Shown here: positions 24,676-44,492 of the stretch, one piece after another
Layout of the letters: every line of letters starts with the position of its first letter
Position numbering within the stretch: the first letter of the stretch is position 1
Source: Neocallimastix sp. 'constans'
Lineage: Eukaryota
Length of the DNA: 64,000 nt
Assembly: GCA_050613775.1 (NCBI GenBank)
Contig: JBODTK010000010.1
Coordinates: forward strand, 496,001 to 560,000
Reading direction: 5' to 3'
The notes under the pieces: generated by a model
Databases searched by the model: none
Told to the model about the DNA's origin: nothing
Seen by the model: only the letters and a program-made list of their open reading frames with translations
Made by a program: the position numbers and the translations under genes

Positions 24676-25247
24676 AAAATAATTTTTTATAATTATTTTT
24701 TAATTGAATATATTATTATTTCAAAAGAAATAATAATATATTTTTTCAATTAAATATTATTAAATATTAAAAAAGAATTATAAAAAATTATTTTTATAAT
24801 TGAATATTAATAAATTATATATATATATATAATATTTATTATTTATTAATTAAAAACAAGCCACATACAAAATATGCCACATTGATAAATGCACTAGATT
24901 TGTAAAAATAACATAACCCTTTATTTATTTATTTATTTATTTTTAAAAAAGCATATAGATAAAAATATATATAGCATTTAAGTTTATGAAGTCTACAAAA
25001 AAAATTATATAAATATAATTTTTTTTTATAAAATGTATAATACATTTTATGTAAATTTTATTTATTAAAAAAATTATAAAATTTATTAATATATATGTAA
25101 AATAAATTATTTTTAAATACATATTTTATTAAAAAGAAATATTAATTTATTTTTATATTTTAATATTTTTATTTTATATAAAATCTTTATTGTATATATT
25201 TTTCATTCTAGATTTTATTAGTAAAAATTTAAAAGAAGAAAACAAAA

Positions 25248-25991
25248 ATGAGTAATAAACGTAACTATGTTTTCTATCAAATTCTTCAAGGTGTAGGGGA
25301 AACTCGACAACCTCATAAAATATATGAAAATAATACAGATACTACTGTTATGATAAACTTATTGTCTATTTCAGCATCAGTAATTCCATTGGATTTTTTT
25401 GTAAGAAATACAAATCTATCATTATCACCCATTACATTTTATATCTATATAAATACTGATTTAAATATTATTAATGGAGAATCAGTAGATGCTTCAAATT
25501 TAATTGATATTTTTTCTTATAATACCTATAATAATAATAAATATAATAGATATATAATATTAAATCCTCATAATACATTATATTATAAAAATCAGTTTAA
25601 TAATCAATTTTGTGGTTCAACAATGTCTATTATCTATACAGTAGAAACTCTTCATAAATATAGTGTATCAAATGAAAAGATTTTATCTGAACCAAAAATA
25701 ATTTCATCAACCACTGAAGTTACTACAATTAAAAACGATTCTTCTTCTTTTGGAGAAAGTTGTTCATCATTTGGTTCATCATCTGGTGAAGAATGGATAG
25801 AGAAACACGAAGAATTAATAAAAAATGCTTGTATTAATAAGGGATACTTTAAGGAGTTATTAAAGCAATTGAAATCAGCAAATCTCCTCAACCTTTACCA
25901 TACTATTTGTCAACGATGGAATGATGAGAATACATTTGATGCAATTATTGGTGATAAAACTATTTTTATGTTTAAGAAGGATAACCTTTGA
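25248..25991 (+). CDS. Hypothetical 247-aa protein, intronless
   Basis: Long, compositionally complex ORF in very AT-rich DNA with an AAAAATG start context; no recognisable domain. Confidence 0.65.
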   Translation: MSNKRNYVFYQILQGVGETRQPHKIYENNTDTTVMINLLSISASVIPLDFFVRNTNLSLSPITFYIYINTDLNIINGESVDASNLIDIFSYNTYNNNKYNRYIILNPHNTLYYKNQFNNQFCGSTMSIIYTVETLHKYSVSNEKILSEPKIISSTTEVTTIKNDSSSFGESCSSFGSSSGEEWIEKHEELIKNACINKGYFKELLKQLKSANLLNLYHTICQRWNDENTFDAIIGDKTIFMFKKDNL

Positions 25992-26501
25992 CTTTTAATA
26001 ATAAAATCTAAAATTATTCAATTTTCTGTCATATTGATACATACATAGTGTGTTAAATTAATAATATTCAAACTTATTAAATAGAATAAATAAAGACATG
26101 TACAATTTACATTCTTCATTTTCATATACACACACATATATGATACAAAATTAAATAAATAAATAAATAAATATAATTGATATTAAATGTTATATTATAA
26201 AAGTGAAAATTTAATATATTAAAATTTTTAAATAAGTATTAACTTTTATTAACTATTAAAATGCTTATATTATTCTTTAAGTGTGTTCAAAATTTCAATT
26301 ACTTTTGATTACTTTACTAAACTAAATATTTATATTATTAATAAATAATTTTAGAAAAATAAAAAAAAAAATTTAAATATTAAAAAAAATTATATTAAAA
26401 TAAGTTAACCCTTTTTTCATTAATCCTTTATATAAAGCATATATGATATTATATATGATATTTATTATTAAAATTTTCTTTAAATAGTGAATTTTTTTTT
26501 T

Positions 26502-26547
<46 letters not shown>

Positions 26548-26599
26548 TTATTTAATAATAATTGAAGAATTTTTAAATATAATTAGTTTCACAATTATT

Positions 26600-26865
26600 T
26601 TATTCATCAGTGCCATTAAACATAGTGTAACGAACTTCCCATTCGAGATTGAGAACATTATCATATAAAGTGATTTGTCTTTCTGATAGCATCGAATCTT
26701 CTTGCATGGAAACCAACCTTTCAATCATTATCATTGATGTAAGCTCTATTAAATAAATTTTTGAATATCACTAGGAATTGTAAACCATCTTTCCATGAAA
26801 TAATGACATTATCATAATACTTTTTTAAAGTGAAACTATTTTTATTTTTGGTTAAAGTGACAACA
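26600..26865 (-). pseudogene. Degraded coding remnant of unknown family
   Basis: Coding-like composition; broken frames ending ITLYDNVLNLEWEVRYTMFNGTDE*. Confidence 0.35.
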
Positions 26866-26909
26866 TAATAAAAAAAAAATTAAAGTTTTAATATTTAAAT
26901 TTAATTTAA

Positions 26910-26942
<33 letters not shown>

Positions 26943-29900
26943 ATTTAATATTCAAAAATTTAAACAAAATTTAACTTTAAATATTTTTATATAATATTAA
27001 AAAACTAATGTATATTGAAAGCTTTTTATCTAAATTTTCGAATATTAAATTGATTTATTTTTTAAAAAAAATTCGAAATCTTTTTTGTTCTTTTTATACT
27101 TTTTAAATTAATTAAAATTCTTATGCCATTCAAAATAAAATATGAATTATTTATTTTTTAATTAGCATGGCCAAAATATAATATTGTACATGTTATACAT
27201 AAAAGATATTACTTTATGATAAAATTCATTGTTATAATAATTTTAAATATGACAATATATCATTAATTTAAAAATATAAAGTCTTAAAAAGATAATTTAA
27301 TAGAATAAGTGTAATTTTATAATAAATGAATTAAAAAATTTTTTAGCTAATTAAATTTTATTATTTACATTTATTTTTAATTTTTAATTATAATTATTTT
27401 TCTTTAAAATATCTATTAAATATTTTTTTTTTTATTTAATAAAAATATTATATAAAATAATAAAATGATTCTTAAAATAATTAAAGATTTATTAAATATT
27501 TTTTTTATTAGTACAATTTTAATTAAAATATTAATTGATAATATAATTCTCAAAAAAATTTGTTTTTATTAAATAAATTTTATATATAGGAAAGCTTTAA
27601 TGATTCATATTTTTTCATTAACAAATAAAATAATTAAAATAATAAAATTATTAAAAAATACGTATATATTTGAATTTTTTTAAAAAAAAAGTAAAAAAAT
27701 TAGAAAATATAAATCAAAGAAATTGATACAATTCAAATAGTTAATTCTTTTAAAAGAAATTTAATTTTGTTTCATAATAATGATTTTTATAGTAAATCAC
27801 ATTAAATTGAGAATTAGATAATAATAGTTCAATTCATAAAAATACGTATATGTTGAGTTACTTAAAAATAATTCTTTGTGTATACATTTTAATGTAGGAA
27901 AAAATAAAATATTTAAGAACTTGATAACAGTTTTTGGTAAATCTTTCATATATTATTTTTAAATATAGTATGTATATAAAATAAATAATATATTTAAAAA
28001 AATTTAAAAGTTTAAATTTAATACTAATTAGATAATATTATATAAATATTAATAATGTACCCCATAAAAAATTAAAAAAATTAATAAATTATAATAAATG
28101 AATTTTTTTTTTGATAGTAATAATTATTTATTATTATTATTTTTTTTATTATAATTTAATATTATTATAATAGTAAAAATAATTATTATTTATGATTAAA
28201 ATGTCATTAAAATATTAATTATTTAATAAATTATTTTTTGTTAATATAGTATTGAATTAAAATACTTAACAAAATTTATTCATTCAAGATAATAAATTTA
28301 TAAAAAAGTGAGTTAATATATAAAATTTGTTAGTAATAATGTACAATTTAAATACATTTAATCTTATATTATTAAATAATAATTTTATATAAAAATAAAA
28401 GTTTTAAAAAATATTATAATAATAAATGATTTATATTCACTATTAGTATGTAATTTATTGATTAATCGTATATTTAATATAAGTATATTTAAAATAAATT
28501 AAAATATAACTTTTAAAAAAATATAATATTAATAAATATTTGAATAAATGAATTTGTAAATAGTAAAGGTATAACTATCAATAACTAATTATCATTTTAC
28601 TCATATTTAAAATTTTATTATTATCTAAAAGTTTAGTAAAAAATATTTTATGAATATATATTCTATGTTTTATGTATTTTTCTTATTTTAATTATTATCT
28701 AATTTTTCTTTTCTATTTTTTTTTTTTTTTAAAAAGTTTTATGATCATAGTTAAAGTAATGTTATCAAATTAATTGTTACGAATTCTCTTAAAACTTTTG
28801 GTTATATTACTTGCAGGTATTAATTGATTATAATAATAATTGTTGTTAAATTTACTATACCATAAACGTTATTAACCAAGCTAAAGGTAATTCAATCATT
28901 ACTTTAAGTTAATTAAAGAATGATGGTAATGCTAAAAATGTTTTTTTAGTTTTAGCCAGAGCTGAAGTGCATTTATAATTATCAATCGTTACATTTAAAT
29001 TATCATTAATTATATTGATATTAGTGCTGCAAATAAATAATTTAATCTTTACAAATTTTAGAGGATACAATAAACAATACACTTTTTATTATATAATATT
29101 ATTTAGTATATAAAAATATTCATTATATAATATAACATGAATTTAAAATTTTATTTATTTATTTATTTATTTTAACTTGATTTACATTCATAATAATTAT
29201 ATTAATATTTAATACATATTAAATATCCAAAAATAATCATAAAAAGAAATAATATTATTAATAATTGTAATATTGACAATTATAATTAAGTAGACTTTAG
29301 AAAAAAAAAATAATGATTATTATTAATATATCTAAATATTGAAAAGGATATAATAATATTAATTTAAATATATATTTGTATCAACAAACATGTTAAAAGA
29401 TCAGCGATCAGTTAATATATATTATTTTTTCCCTGAAAATTCTAAATAAAATTTTAATGTTATTTATTATTTTTATATAAAATAATCATATATAATGCTT
29501 AAATATTTATCAATAAATAAGAAATAATTATATACATAAATACATAAATATTAGTTTATAATAATTATATAATTTGATACTTCGACTAACTCATTGAATA
29601 GGAATATTGAAATGTTGGATATCATATTTTATTTTATTCATATTTAAATTTTTAATTGTACAAATTTATATTATCAAACCTTTTTTCTTTGTTGCTATTG
29701 TTACTATTGTTGAGTTGATGTTATTGTTATTCACATTAGATTTATATATAATAAATAACTTTTATATAAAATTAATAGAATAAGTGGTAACATATGTTTA
29801 GGAATTAATTTTTTATAAAGGTAATTATATAGGCGTTTATTCTCTTAATTTATATATATAATAATTAAATAGAAATGGAAACAATTTCTTCTTTTAAATA

Positions 29901-31332
29901 AATTATTCTGATATATTCATTTTTATAATAGATAATATATTATAGTTAATCTTTTTATCTTATAAAAAAATTTTTATTTATTTAAATTACTATTATATTA
30001 TGTTATTCATCATATAATAAGGTTTTAAGTTTAATATCTATTTTATATATTATTTATTGATTAAAATAAAAATTATTAATCAAAAAGTTATTTTGTTATA
30101 TATATTAAAATTCAAAAAATAAATTAATATTTTTATAAATAAATCATTATTAGAAAAAAAAATAAAGAAAAAGCAAAAATAAATAAAAGTATTGGAAGTA
30201 TATTGAAATTAAGAACATATTATCAAGTGAAGCCAAAAATAAATGAATGCCGAAACCAATATGAATAATAAAAAGCTTAAGAGTCTGAAGAAGAAAAATT
30301 CATAAATTTAAACTAAAAATAATGCATGAAGATAATGAAGTTAATGAAGTTATTGATAATTATTGTAGAAGGGATGAAAGAATAAAAATTAATAAATTAT
30401 AGAAAGAATAAGAATAAAGAAAAACTGGATACAATTAAAGAACAAAGAAAAAAGTTTTATAAGTATGTATAAAGTTCAAAAATGGAAAATGAAAAATTTA
30501 AAAATTAACAGATTATTCAAAACTAGAAATTAAGAGAAAGGATTTTTTAAATAAATAAATAAATAAATAAATAAAAACATATTAAAATGAAAAATAAAAA
30601 ATATATATATCTCAGGGTTCATTATTTATATAAAAAGTTGATAAAAATATACTAATTTGATAAAGTAACATTTTATTTTAAAAATAAAAATATATATATT
30701 AATTATGTTTAATTTATTTATAAATATTTTATGAATTTTATTATTAAAATAATTTTTTTTTAATTTACTTATTATTCAATTATATGTTTAATTGAATTAT
30801 TATAATAATATATTAAAATAATAAACACTTTTCAAAAAAAAAAAAAAAAAGAAAAAAATAAAATTTATTATTTATAATTTTTTATTCGTTAGGATCACTA
30901 TCAAAACAAAAAGTAAAGTATTAAACTATTTAGAGATAATAAATATATTTAAGTTTTTCATTTTAAAAGTTAAAATAATAATTATTTTTATTGCTTTAAA
31001 AGAATTTTTATATGAAATAAAAAAAAAATTTTTTTTAAAAACAATTATTATTTTAAAATTTTATTAATCTAAAATGAAACATAGATAAAAAATTATATAT
31101 AATGCATAACAAAACTTCATAATTATATTTAGAATATTATATTAAAAAATAAATATTTGTATAGCACTATAATATACAATAATTGTATAATAATATATAA
31201 TTTTTAAAATACTTAATCGATAATATAATTAAATATACATAAAAATATAGTAATTTAATTAACAGATATATATATTTAACAATCATTAAAATAATATAAA
31301 AAAATAAAAAAAATAGAATATTAATATTTATA

Positions 31333-36327
<4,995 letters not shown>

Positions 36328-37238
36328 TATATAACATATTTATACAATAATAATACTTTAAGATATTTCATATTTAATAGAATGTATAAAATATAGAATT
36401 TATTTTTATTATATTATCTTTTATCAAATTTATTTGTATAAAAAAGTTTTATTCTCTTTTTAAATTTATATTTTATTATTTCTTTATTATTTTTTATTAT
36501 AAAGATTCTTATTTATATTACTGTTCTTTATTAACCATAATTTCTTTATACCCATCGATTAATATTTTATATTATTTTCAAATTTCATTATAACTCATAA
36601 TATTTTTTTGTGAATACATGAAGTTCATATAAATAAACAATATATTATAAACAAAACTTATATTAATAAAGTATTATATTCATTAATACTTTTTTTTCTT
36701 CCATTTCTTTTTTTATTTTTTTTTTTTTTTTATTTATTTTTTATTTTTTTATTTTTTATTTTTTTTTTTTTTTTATTTTTTTATTTTTATTATTATTATT
36801 AAAAAATTATATTAAAAATAATTATTAAAATATCTATATTAAATATACATATATATATTTCTTCACTAAAAAATATTTAAAATTCATTTCATTTTTTTAA
36901 ATTTTTCTTCGTTTATAATAAAAATAATTATTTTTTATAAACTCTTTATTATTAATTAAAAAAAAATTAATTATAAAAAAATTAATATTAAAATAATAAT
37001 TATACAAAGAAAAATAAAATAAAATAAAATAAAAATAAAATAATTTCGAAACTAAACGTTAAATTAATAATATGTTATTTCGTTTTATAATATTAAATCT
37101 ATATTTATAATAAATGTTATATTTTTAATATATATAATAGCAATAATAATAATAAAAATAATAATAAAAATAAAAATAAAAGTATTTATAATAAAAATAA
37201 AAAAATAAAAAAAAAAAATAAAAATAAAAATAAAAAAA

Positions 37239-37272
<34 letters not shown>

Positions 37273-38104
37273 TAAAATGCTAAAATTTATATAAAAAAAA
37301 AAACATATATAATAAAAAATGATATTAATAAAATATTAACTAAAATATTAACTAAAATTATAATGAAAATTATAAAAAAGGTAAAAATTATAATATTATT
37401 ATTAATTAAAATAATTAATTTAAATGTTTTCTATTTCTTTAAAAATATGTGAAATGAAAACTTTTTTTTTTTAATTTTTTCTTAATTTTTGATATTTCTT
37501 CTTGAACTTATATATAAAAACTTCTTTTGTTTTTAATATTTTGAACGTTTTTTTTTTATCTTTTTTAATTTTTTTCCTTTTTTTTTTTTTTTTTTTTTTT
37601 AATTATTTCTCTCTTTTTTTTTATCTTTAATAAAATGTTTATTGTTTATTTTCTGTAAATTTTAGAAAATACCTTTTATTAATCTCTTTGGAACTTCTAA
37701 ATTCTAATATTTTTTGTTATATGTATTATCTTCATTATTTGTATTTTTTTTTCTTAATTTGTTTTTATTTGTTCTATGTTCTCTAATTAAATGACTACTA
37801 TTTAAAAAAAAAAACAATAATAATAATATATTTCTTACTTTTTTTTTTTTAAATATCTATGAGAAAATATATTGTTGACTGATTTTATGGATTATTATTG
37901 GATCTCAATATTACATTTATTTCATTAATATATAAAAAAACGAAATATATATAAAATTGATGAGGTTAATATATTTTTTAAAAAAAAAAGAAATGTTGTT
38001 TACTTATAAAATTATAAATATATATATACATATATATATATAATTATATTTACTATTAATAAATTAATAAATATAATAAATATTTTTTTTTTTTGCTTAA
38101 TTTT

Positions 38105-38144
<40 letters not shown>

Positions 38145-38475
38145 TATTGAATTTGTTAGTAATTATTTTGTGTTAGAAATTTTGAATATTTGTGGATTTA
38201 ATTTGTATGATTTATTTATATTTTGACTAAGAATATATAAAAGATCATTATGAAATTCGTGATTAAAAAAATTTGTATTTAACTCATTAGTTATGATGAT
38301 TTACTTATTTTTGAGCTTTCCTGTTTTTTAAATATTTTATTTTATTTTATTTATATAAAATATTATTCACATTTAAAATAAAATAATGTTGAAAAATAAA
38401 TAATTAATATTAAAATGTTAATTTATAATTAAAATTTTATACTAAATTCTATATTTTATATATTAAATTATTTAT

Positions 38476-41346
38476 TTACTCATTCTTTTCTTTTTCTTCT
38501 TTTTCTTTCTTTTCTTTGTTAGCTTTTCTAAAGTCGTCAATTGTTTTATATATCTTTAAAGCTTCTTTTAATTCGTCACGAATCTTGTCATCTAATGGTC
38601 TAGTCTTTTTATCTTTACGATAATATAAGTAAGCCCAGAATTTTTCAAGACCATATAATTCACCTTTCTTACAGTAATCCTCTACAGTCATTTCTTGGAA
38701 ATCTTCGAAGATATCTTTGTTGAAATGTATTTCTAAACCATAAGAATAGAAACGGAATAAGCATTCTAAACCGTATCTATAACCACCTTCAGCATCTTCA
38801 ATCGCAAGTTTCTTAAATTCTTCGTACATTCTTCTATTAAATTGTTCACGGAGGAAGTGACTCCAGAAACGGAATAAAGTATTCATTTCTTGAGATTGAC
38901 CAATACCTTGGTTCTTACGCTCCTTTAAAGCTTTGGCATGGTACTTGTAATATTTATGTTGAATGAAACCATTATCTTTTAATAATTCGTAACTTGGATG
39001 TTGGAACATTGGGAATTCCTTGAAACTAGTACCATAACTACTACCATAACTATGACCACCCTTGAAACTTTGACCATAGCTACTAGCATAACTACTAGTG
39101 TAGCTACCGTAACGATAAGAAGAACGTCTTGGAATATCAAGTCCCGCACCACTCAAAGAACCTGATTTATATGAACCATTAATTGGAATTGAAGTAGATG
39201 GAGATGGCATATTGTTAGATCCACCCCTCTTTCCACCCTTTAAGTGAGAAACTTGATCGTTAACAATTAAGAAACCAATTGGACCTGGTGTAGTACCTAA
39301 GAACTTAGAATTACTAACTGGAGTTTCTGATGGGAAGAAACGCTTAGTTCTTGGACCCTTCTTAATGTTCTTTGGTTGAGATTCAGCATGATTCTTTTCA
39401 TTATTACGCTTATTCTTCTTTCCGTGCTTCTTTTTACTCTTTTTATTGTCTTCACCATTTAATTTTTCGAATTCTTCTTCATCAACAACTTCAATCTTAG
39501 AAGTCATCATGCTTAATCTGTTACTTTCCTTCATATTGTGTTCATAATAATAAAGACCTTCATTAATCATTTCATTCAAGCTTTCATTATTCTTGTAACG
39601 ATCATAAGCTGTAGTATTGTGCTTTCTTGGTGGAAGTGATTCATTTTGAGATAATGAATTTGGTGGGTTAGCTGGTTGTTTACGTCTTTGAGTAACAATC
39701 ATTAAACCTTGTAACATATCATCATCAATTTCATAGTTTTCATCTTCAGCCTTTTCATCCTTCTTTTCTTCCTTTTCATCATCAGCTGGTTTATCTTCTG
39801 GTTCATCTTGGAATCTTGGACTGCTACCCCATTCTTCCTCATCATCAAATTGGAAGAGATCATCACCATCGGTTTTTGGCTTATTTTCGCTAGTGGCACC
39901 ATCAGTTTTCTTTTGACGACGACGGTGACCGTTATATGTTGTCCATCCTTCATCATCTTCCTTTGTTTCAACTTCACGATCTTTTGGTGCATCAGTATCT
40001 TCAATCTTAATTTCTGGTTGATTATTTTTCTTTTCGTTATCATCTTCATCATCATCTTCATTAGTAGATAATTCTTTCATAGTTGTAATAATACTTTCAA
40101 GTGGATTAATCCAGAATTTCCAATCATCCTTCTTACGTAAGTAAATAGCTTCTTCTTCAGCCTTAACTTCAACAGATTCTTCATCCTTAAGAGAGGATAA
40201 AATTAATTGGTTATTCCAAGCATCATCATATTCCATTTCATCTTGGTTTTCCTCCTTCTTTTCTTCCTTTTGTTCATCTTTCTTTTCACCATCCTTATCC
40301 TTCTTGTTCTTCTTTTTATCCTTTTTCTTTTCAATTTCTTTAATGTTTTTATCAACATTTTGGCCTAACTTTAATAAACCTTCAACACGTTTGAATCCTT
40401 TAATAATTTCTAAATCAATCCAACCCTCTTCATTCATTTGTTTTCTTAAGAATATATCTTTACATAAGTTTTGAATACTGAAATAATACTTTATTTGTAA
40501 TTTAAGATAGGTCCTTACAGAATCAAGATTAAGATAATCAACACATAAATTTTCTGGGTTAGAAGTAATGAAAATTCCTTCAGGAACAATTTGAGAGAAA
40601 CCATCCATATTTGTTAATTCATAACCGTAATTTAATTCTGGGTTAAGCTTATTCTTCTTTGATTCTCTATTTCTTCTTCTTCTTCTTCTACCTTCTTTTT
40701 CATATTTCTTTGAGCGTTTTCCTTTATTAATACAAATTATTTATCATTTATATTTATATTAAAGAAATTTAATATACCAAATCCATATTTCTTGTTATAT
40801 ATATATAATATATATATTTAAAAAGAAAAAGAAAAATATTTTTAGAAAAAAAATTAAATGTTAACAATTACCACTCTTCTTTTTGTCTTTTTTATCTCTG
40901 TTACGAGAATTACCACTACCTTTGTATTTAATATCAACATCAAGGGCAACCCATTCTTTTTTTCCATTTTTCTTACCCTTTTTGCCAGAACCTTCCTTTT
41001 CCTTTTCGCCTGACTTCTTTTGTTTTTGAGTATTTTCTTTTATTGGTGATTCTTTTCCAAGGGAAGGCCATAAAGATTTATTAATATTTTCAGTTTCTTT
41101 CACTTCAGTTTTTTTCCATGGATTAGTTTTTGGAACTAATTGCACAGCAATATACATAATATAAACATTTTTTTATTTTAAAAATTATTTTATTTTATCA
41201 TTTTTTATTTTTTTTTTATTTTTTTTTTTGACAATTTCTGTTTGATTAAATTTATATCTCTTACTTTCTACAGCCTTTTCACCTTCTTGCTTTTCAGCAG
41301 TAGCTTCTTTAACTTGAGTTTCAACTTTTGCTTCAGTGTCAGTCAT
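38476..41346 (-). CDS. LARP1: La-related protein 1 (La motif plus C-terminal DM15 repeats), 3 exons (41346-41265, 41135-40872, 40721-38476)
   Basis: [27 protein letters not shown] (La motif); [43 protein letters not shown] and [11 protein letters not shown] (DM15). Two phase-1 GT-AG introns keep the frame. Confidence 0.93.
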
Positions 41347-42484
41347 TTTCTTTTTTAATTTATTACAATTATTTATTATTAAATTTATTTTATTCTTTTA
41401 CCTATAAAAAAGGATTAAAATGATATTATTATGTTAAAATAAGACTTTTTTTATAATTAAACTAAAGTATATATATTATGAAATTGAATTAATTTTTTAA
41501 ATATTCATAGTTATAATAACAAACTTTGATTAATTAAAATTTGTTAATGTAAAGATTTTAAAGGAATAATTATATTTTTTAAAAATAAAAAATTAATTAT
41601 TCCTTTAAAATTAATTTATTTTTACTAAATTCTATTTTACAATTTATATTATATACGTTTTTGATATCTTCTTTATATTTTTTTTTTAAATTTTAATTTA
41701 TTTTAAATATATATTTTGATATAATTAATAAGTTTCAAATTAATCTGTTTAATCTTTATATTTCAACTGAAAAATCTTTTAGTTATATAAATATTTAATA
41801 ATCAATAACTATTAATTTTTTATTAATATGCAGATTTTTCAATCTATAACAATCCTATTGAAATATATATAATATAAAAAGATAATGATGATTGTACAAT
41901 AAATACGTTCTTTTTTATTATTATTATTATTTCATTTTATTTCTCCGTTATTTGCATTCCTTAATGATTTAAAATATTTCCTCATTATAATTTAGATTTA
42001 TATAATATTTTATTTAATTTTTAAATTTTTGACTGAAATTTACACAAATTTTAAAAGAAATAATGGAACAATATATACAATTTTACTTTAATATTATATT
42101 TTTACTCATAATTAAAAATTCCAAATTAATAAGAATTATATAATTAATATAACAAATAATAAAAGAAATATTACTTTATTAATGATATTTACTAAAATTT
42201 ATTTATACTATAACAAATAAATGAAATTTAGATTAGATACTATATAGCAACTATAAATTAAAAAAGAAATAAAGAAAAAAGAAAAGAAATATTATTTAAT
42301 AATAAATTTTATTTCTTTTTTATTTCTTTTTTTTTTTTTAATTATTTATTTTTTTTCTTTTAAATACTTCTTTATAATAAATAATTTTATTATCTTTAAC
42401 AAGAAGTTCTTTTTTTCAAATATGAAAAAAAAATTTTTATTATTTCAAAGAGGATTTTAATAATATTTTTAAATTTTAATTTTT

Positions 42485-42524
<40 letters not shown>

Positions 42525-43556
42525 ATTTAATAATTATCATATAATTATGATAGTAATGATTTAATATAGTAATCAATATTAATTTTTTTACTTATTATAA
42601 AAACTTTATATTAAAAATTTTTTATTTAATGATTAAATAATTATTGTGTATATTTAATGATTATTGTTTTTGTTAATATAATAAATTATCAAATAATTAT
42701 CAAATATTATTATTTAAATTTTTTATATAATTATTATTATTAAATAATTATATTTATAATTATTGTTATTAATATATTTTTAATATTAAATACTATACAA
42801 TATATACTATATTTATAATATTTATTATTCTAAATACTTTTATATACTATTTGAATCTTATTGGTTAATAATCTAGAGTTTAATACATTTTTCAATTTTA
42901 TTATATTTAAAACGTATTAGAATTGTTTTTATTGTATAAACCATGTTTATTTAATATAAACAATAATACTAAAAATTATATATACCATAATTTTTATAAT
43001 TTACATATATCAAACTTTTATATTATATATTTTTTATTAAATTATATATAAATTTTTTGATTCCCTTTTTGTATAATATTATAATATATATAATAAAATA
43101 ATTATATATTAATATATATGTATAATAAAAATATTTTAAATAAATAACATTTTTCTCGAAAATGATTCGTATAAAAAAAATGATTTGATAAAATAACCAA
43201 TATATAATAATATATATTCTTTACATTATAATATATGTAATACGTAATATTTTAATATATTATTTTATATTATTTATTTATAAACTTTCTTTTTATTTAT
43301 CCAATAAAATATAAATATATAATACAAATACATTATTGTATTAAATAATTTCCAATCGAATAGTGATACATTATTTATATTCAAAAAAAAATATTAATAA
43401 TCTATATAATAGCATATATTTAACAATATATGTATTTATTTAATATACATTTGCTAAATACATACATAAGAAATAGATAAACAAAAATTAATAAATTTAT
43501 ATATTTTAAAACTAAAGATTTATTATATTTTGAGTACTCTTAAATATAAAAGTAAA

Positions 43557-43768
<212 letters not shown>

Positions 43769-44125
43769 AAATATAAAAAAAATAAATGGATAAAAAATAG
43801 GAAGAAAATTTTTTAATTTATTATCATTCTGATATATAAATATACATTATTAACTTTGTCATATGAAATATTTCAATAATGGTAAACATTTCTAATAATA
43901 GATTCTTTTGAGTCAAAAATTATATTTTTACATTAGCTCTACATTATATTTTTATATATATATATAAACGCCACAATTAGTTAATTTTAAAGCCACTTAA
44001 TAATACTTTTTTGAAAAATGTGGTTGATTATACTTTTGAAAAATATATCCATATTTTAACAAAATTGGAAAAAATATATTATATAATTCTCCATAATTAT
44101 TCTTTTTATCTATTTGGTCTAAATT

Positions 44126-44233
<108 letters not shown>

Positions 44234-44492
44234 TTTGTTTCTTTGTTTGTTTTTGAAAATTTAAATGAAAGAAAAAGTGTTTACTTATTTATTTAATACA
44301 ACTAAATTGTTACAATGTTAATTTTCATTAATGCATTTTTTTGAAATTAAAAATAATACTTAATATTTATAAATACTAATATATTACAGATTTTTATAAT
44401 ATCTAATTATTTTTCTATTATTATTATCATTACTATTACTATTATTACTATTATTGCTATTATTACTATTATTACTATTATTATTATTATTA

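Larger units (their letters stand above)
23547..24907. mobile_element. Long-TIR non-autonomous element (family B) hosting two younger insertions
   Basis: GTGCATTTCACAATGCGGCGTATTTTGGTATGTGGCTTGTTTTT at about 24275 is inverted against AAAAACAAGCCACATACAAAATATGCCACATTGATAAATGCAC at about 24852, and the inverted similarity continues inward. The left boundary is uncertain. Confidence 0.7.

Noticed and set aside
28740..29040. Coding-like stretch (also about 22200-22510 and 60585-60710)
   Set aside because: Multiple stops and no recognisable family.
30160..30540. Possible gag remnant
   Set aside because: Purine-rich broken frames without a diagnostic motif.
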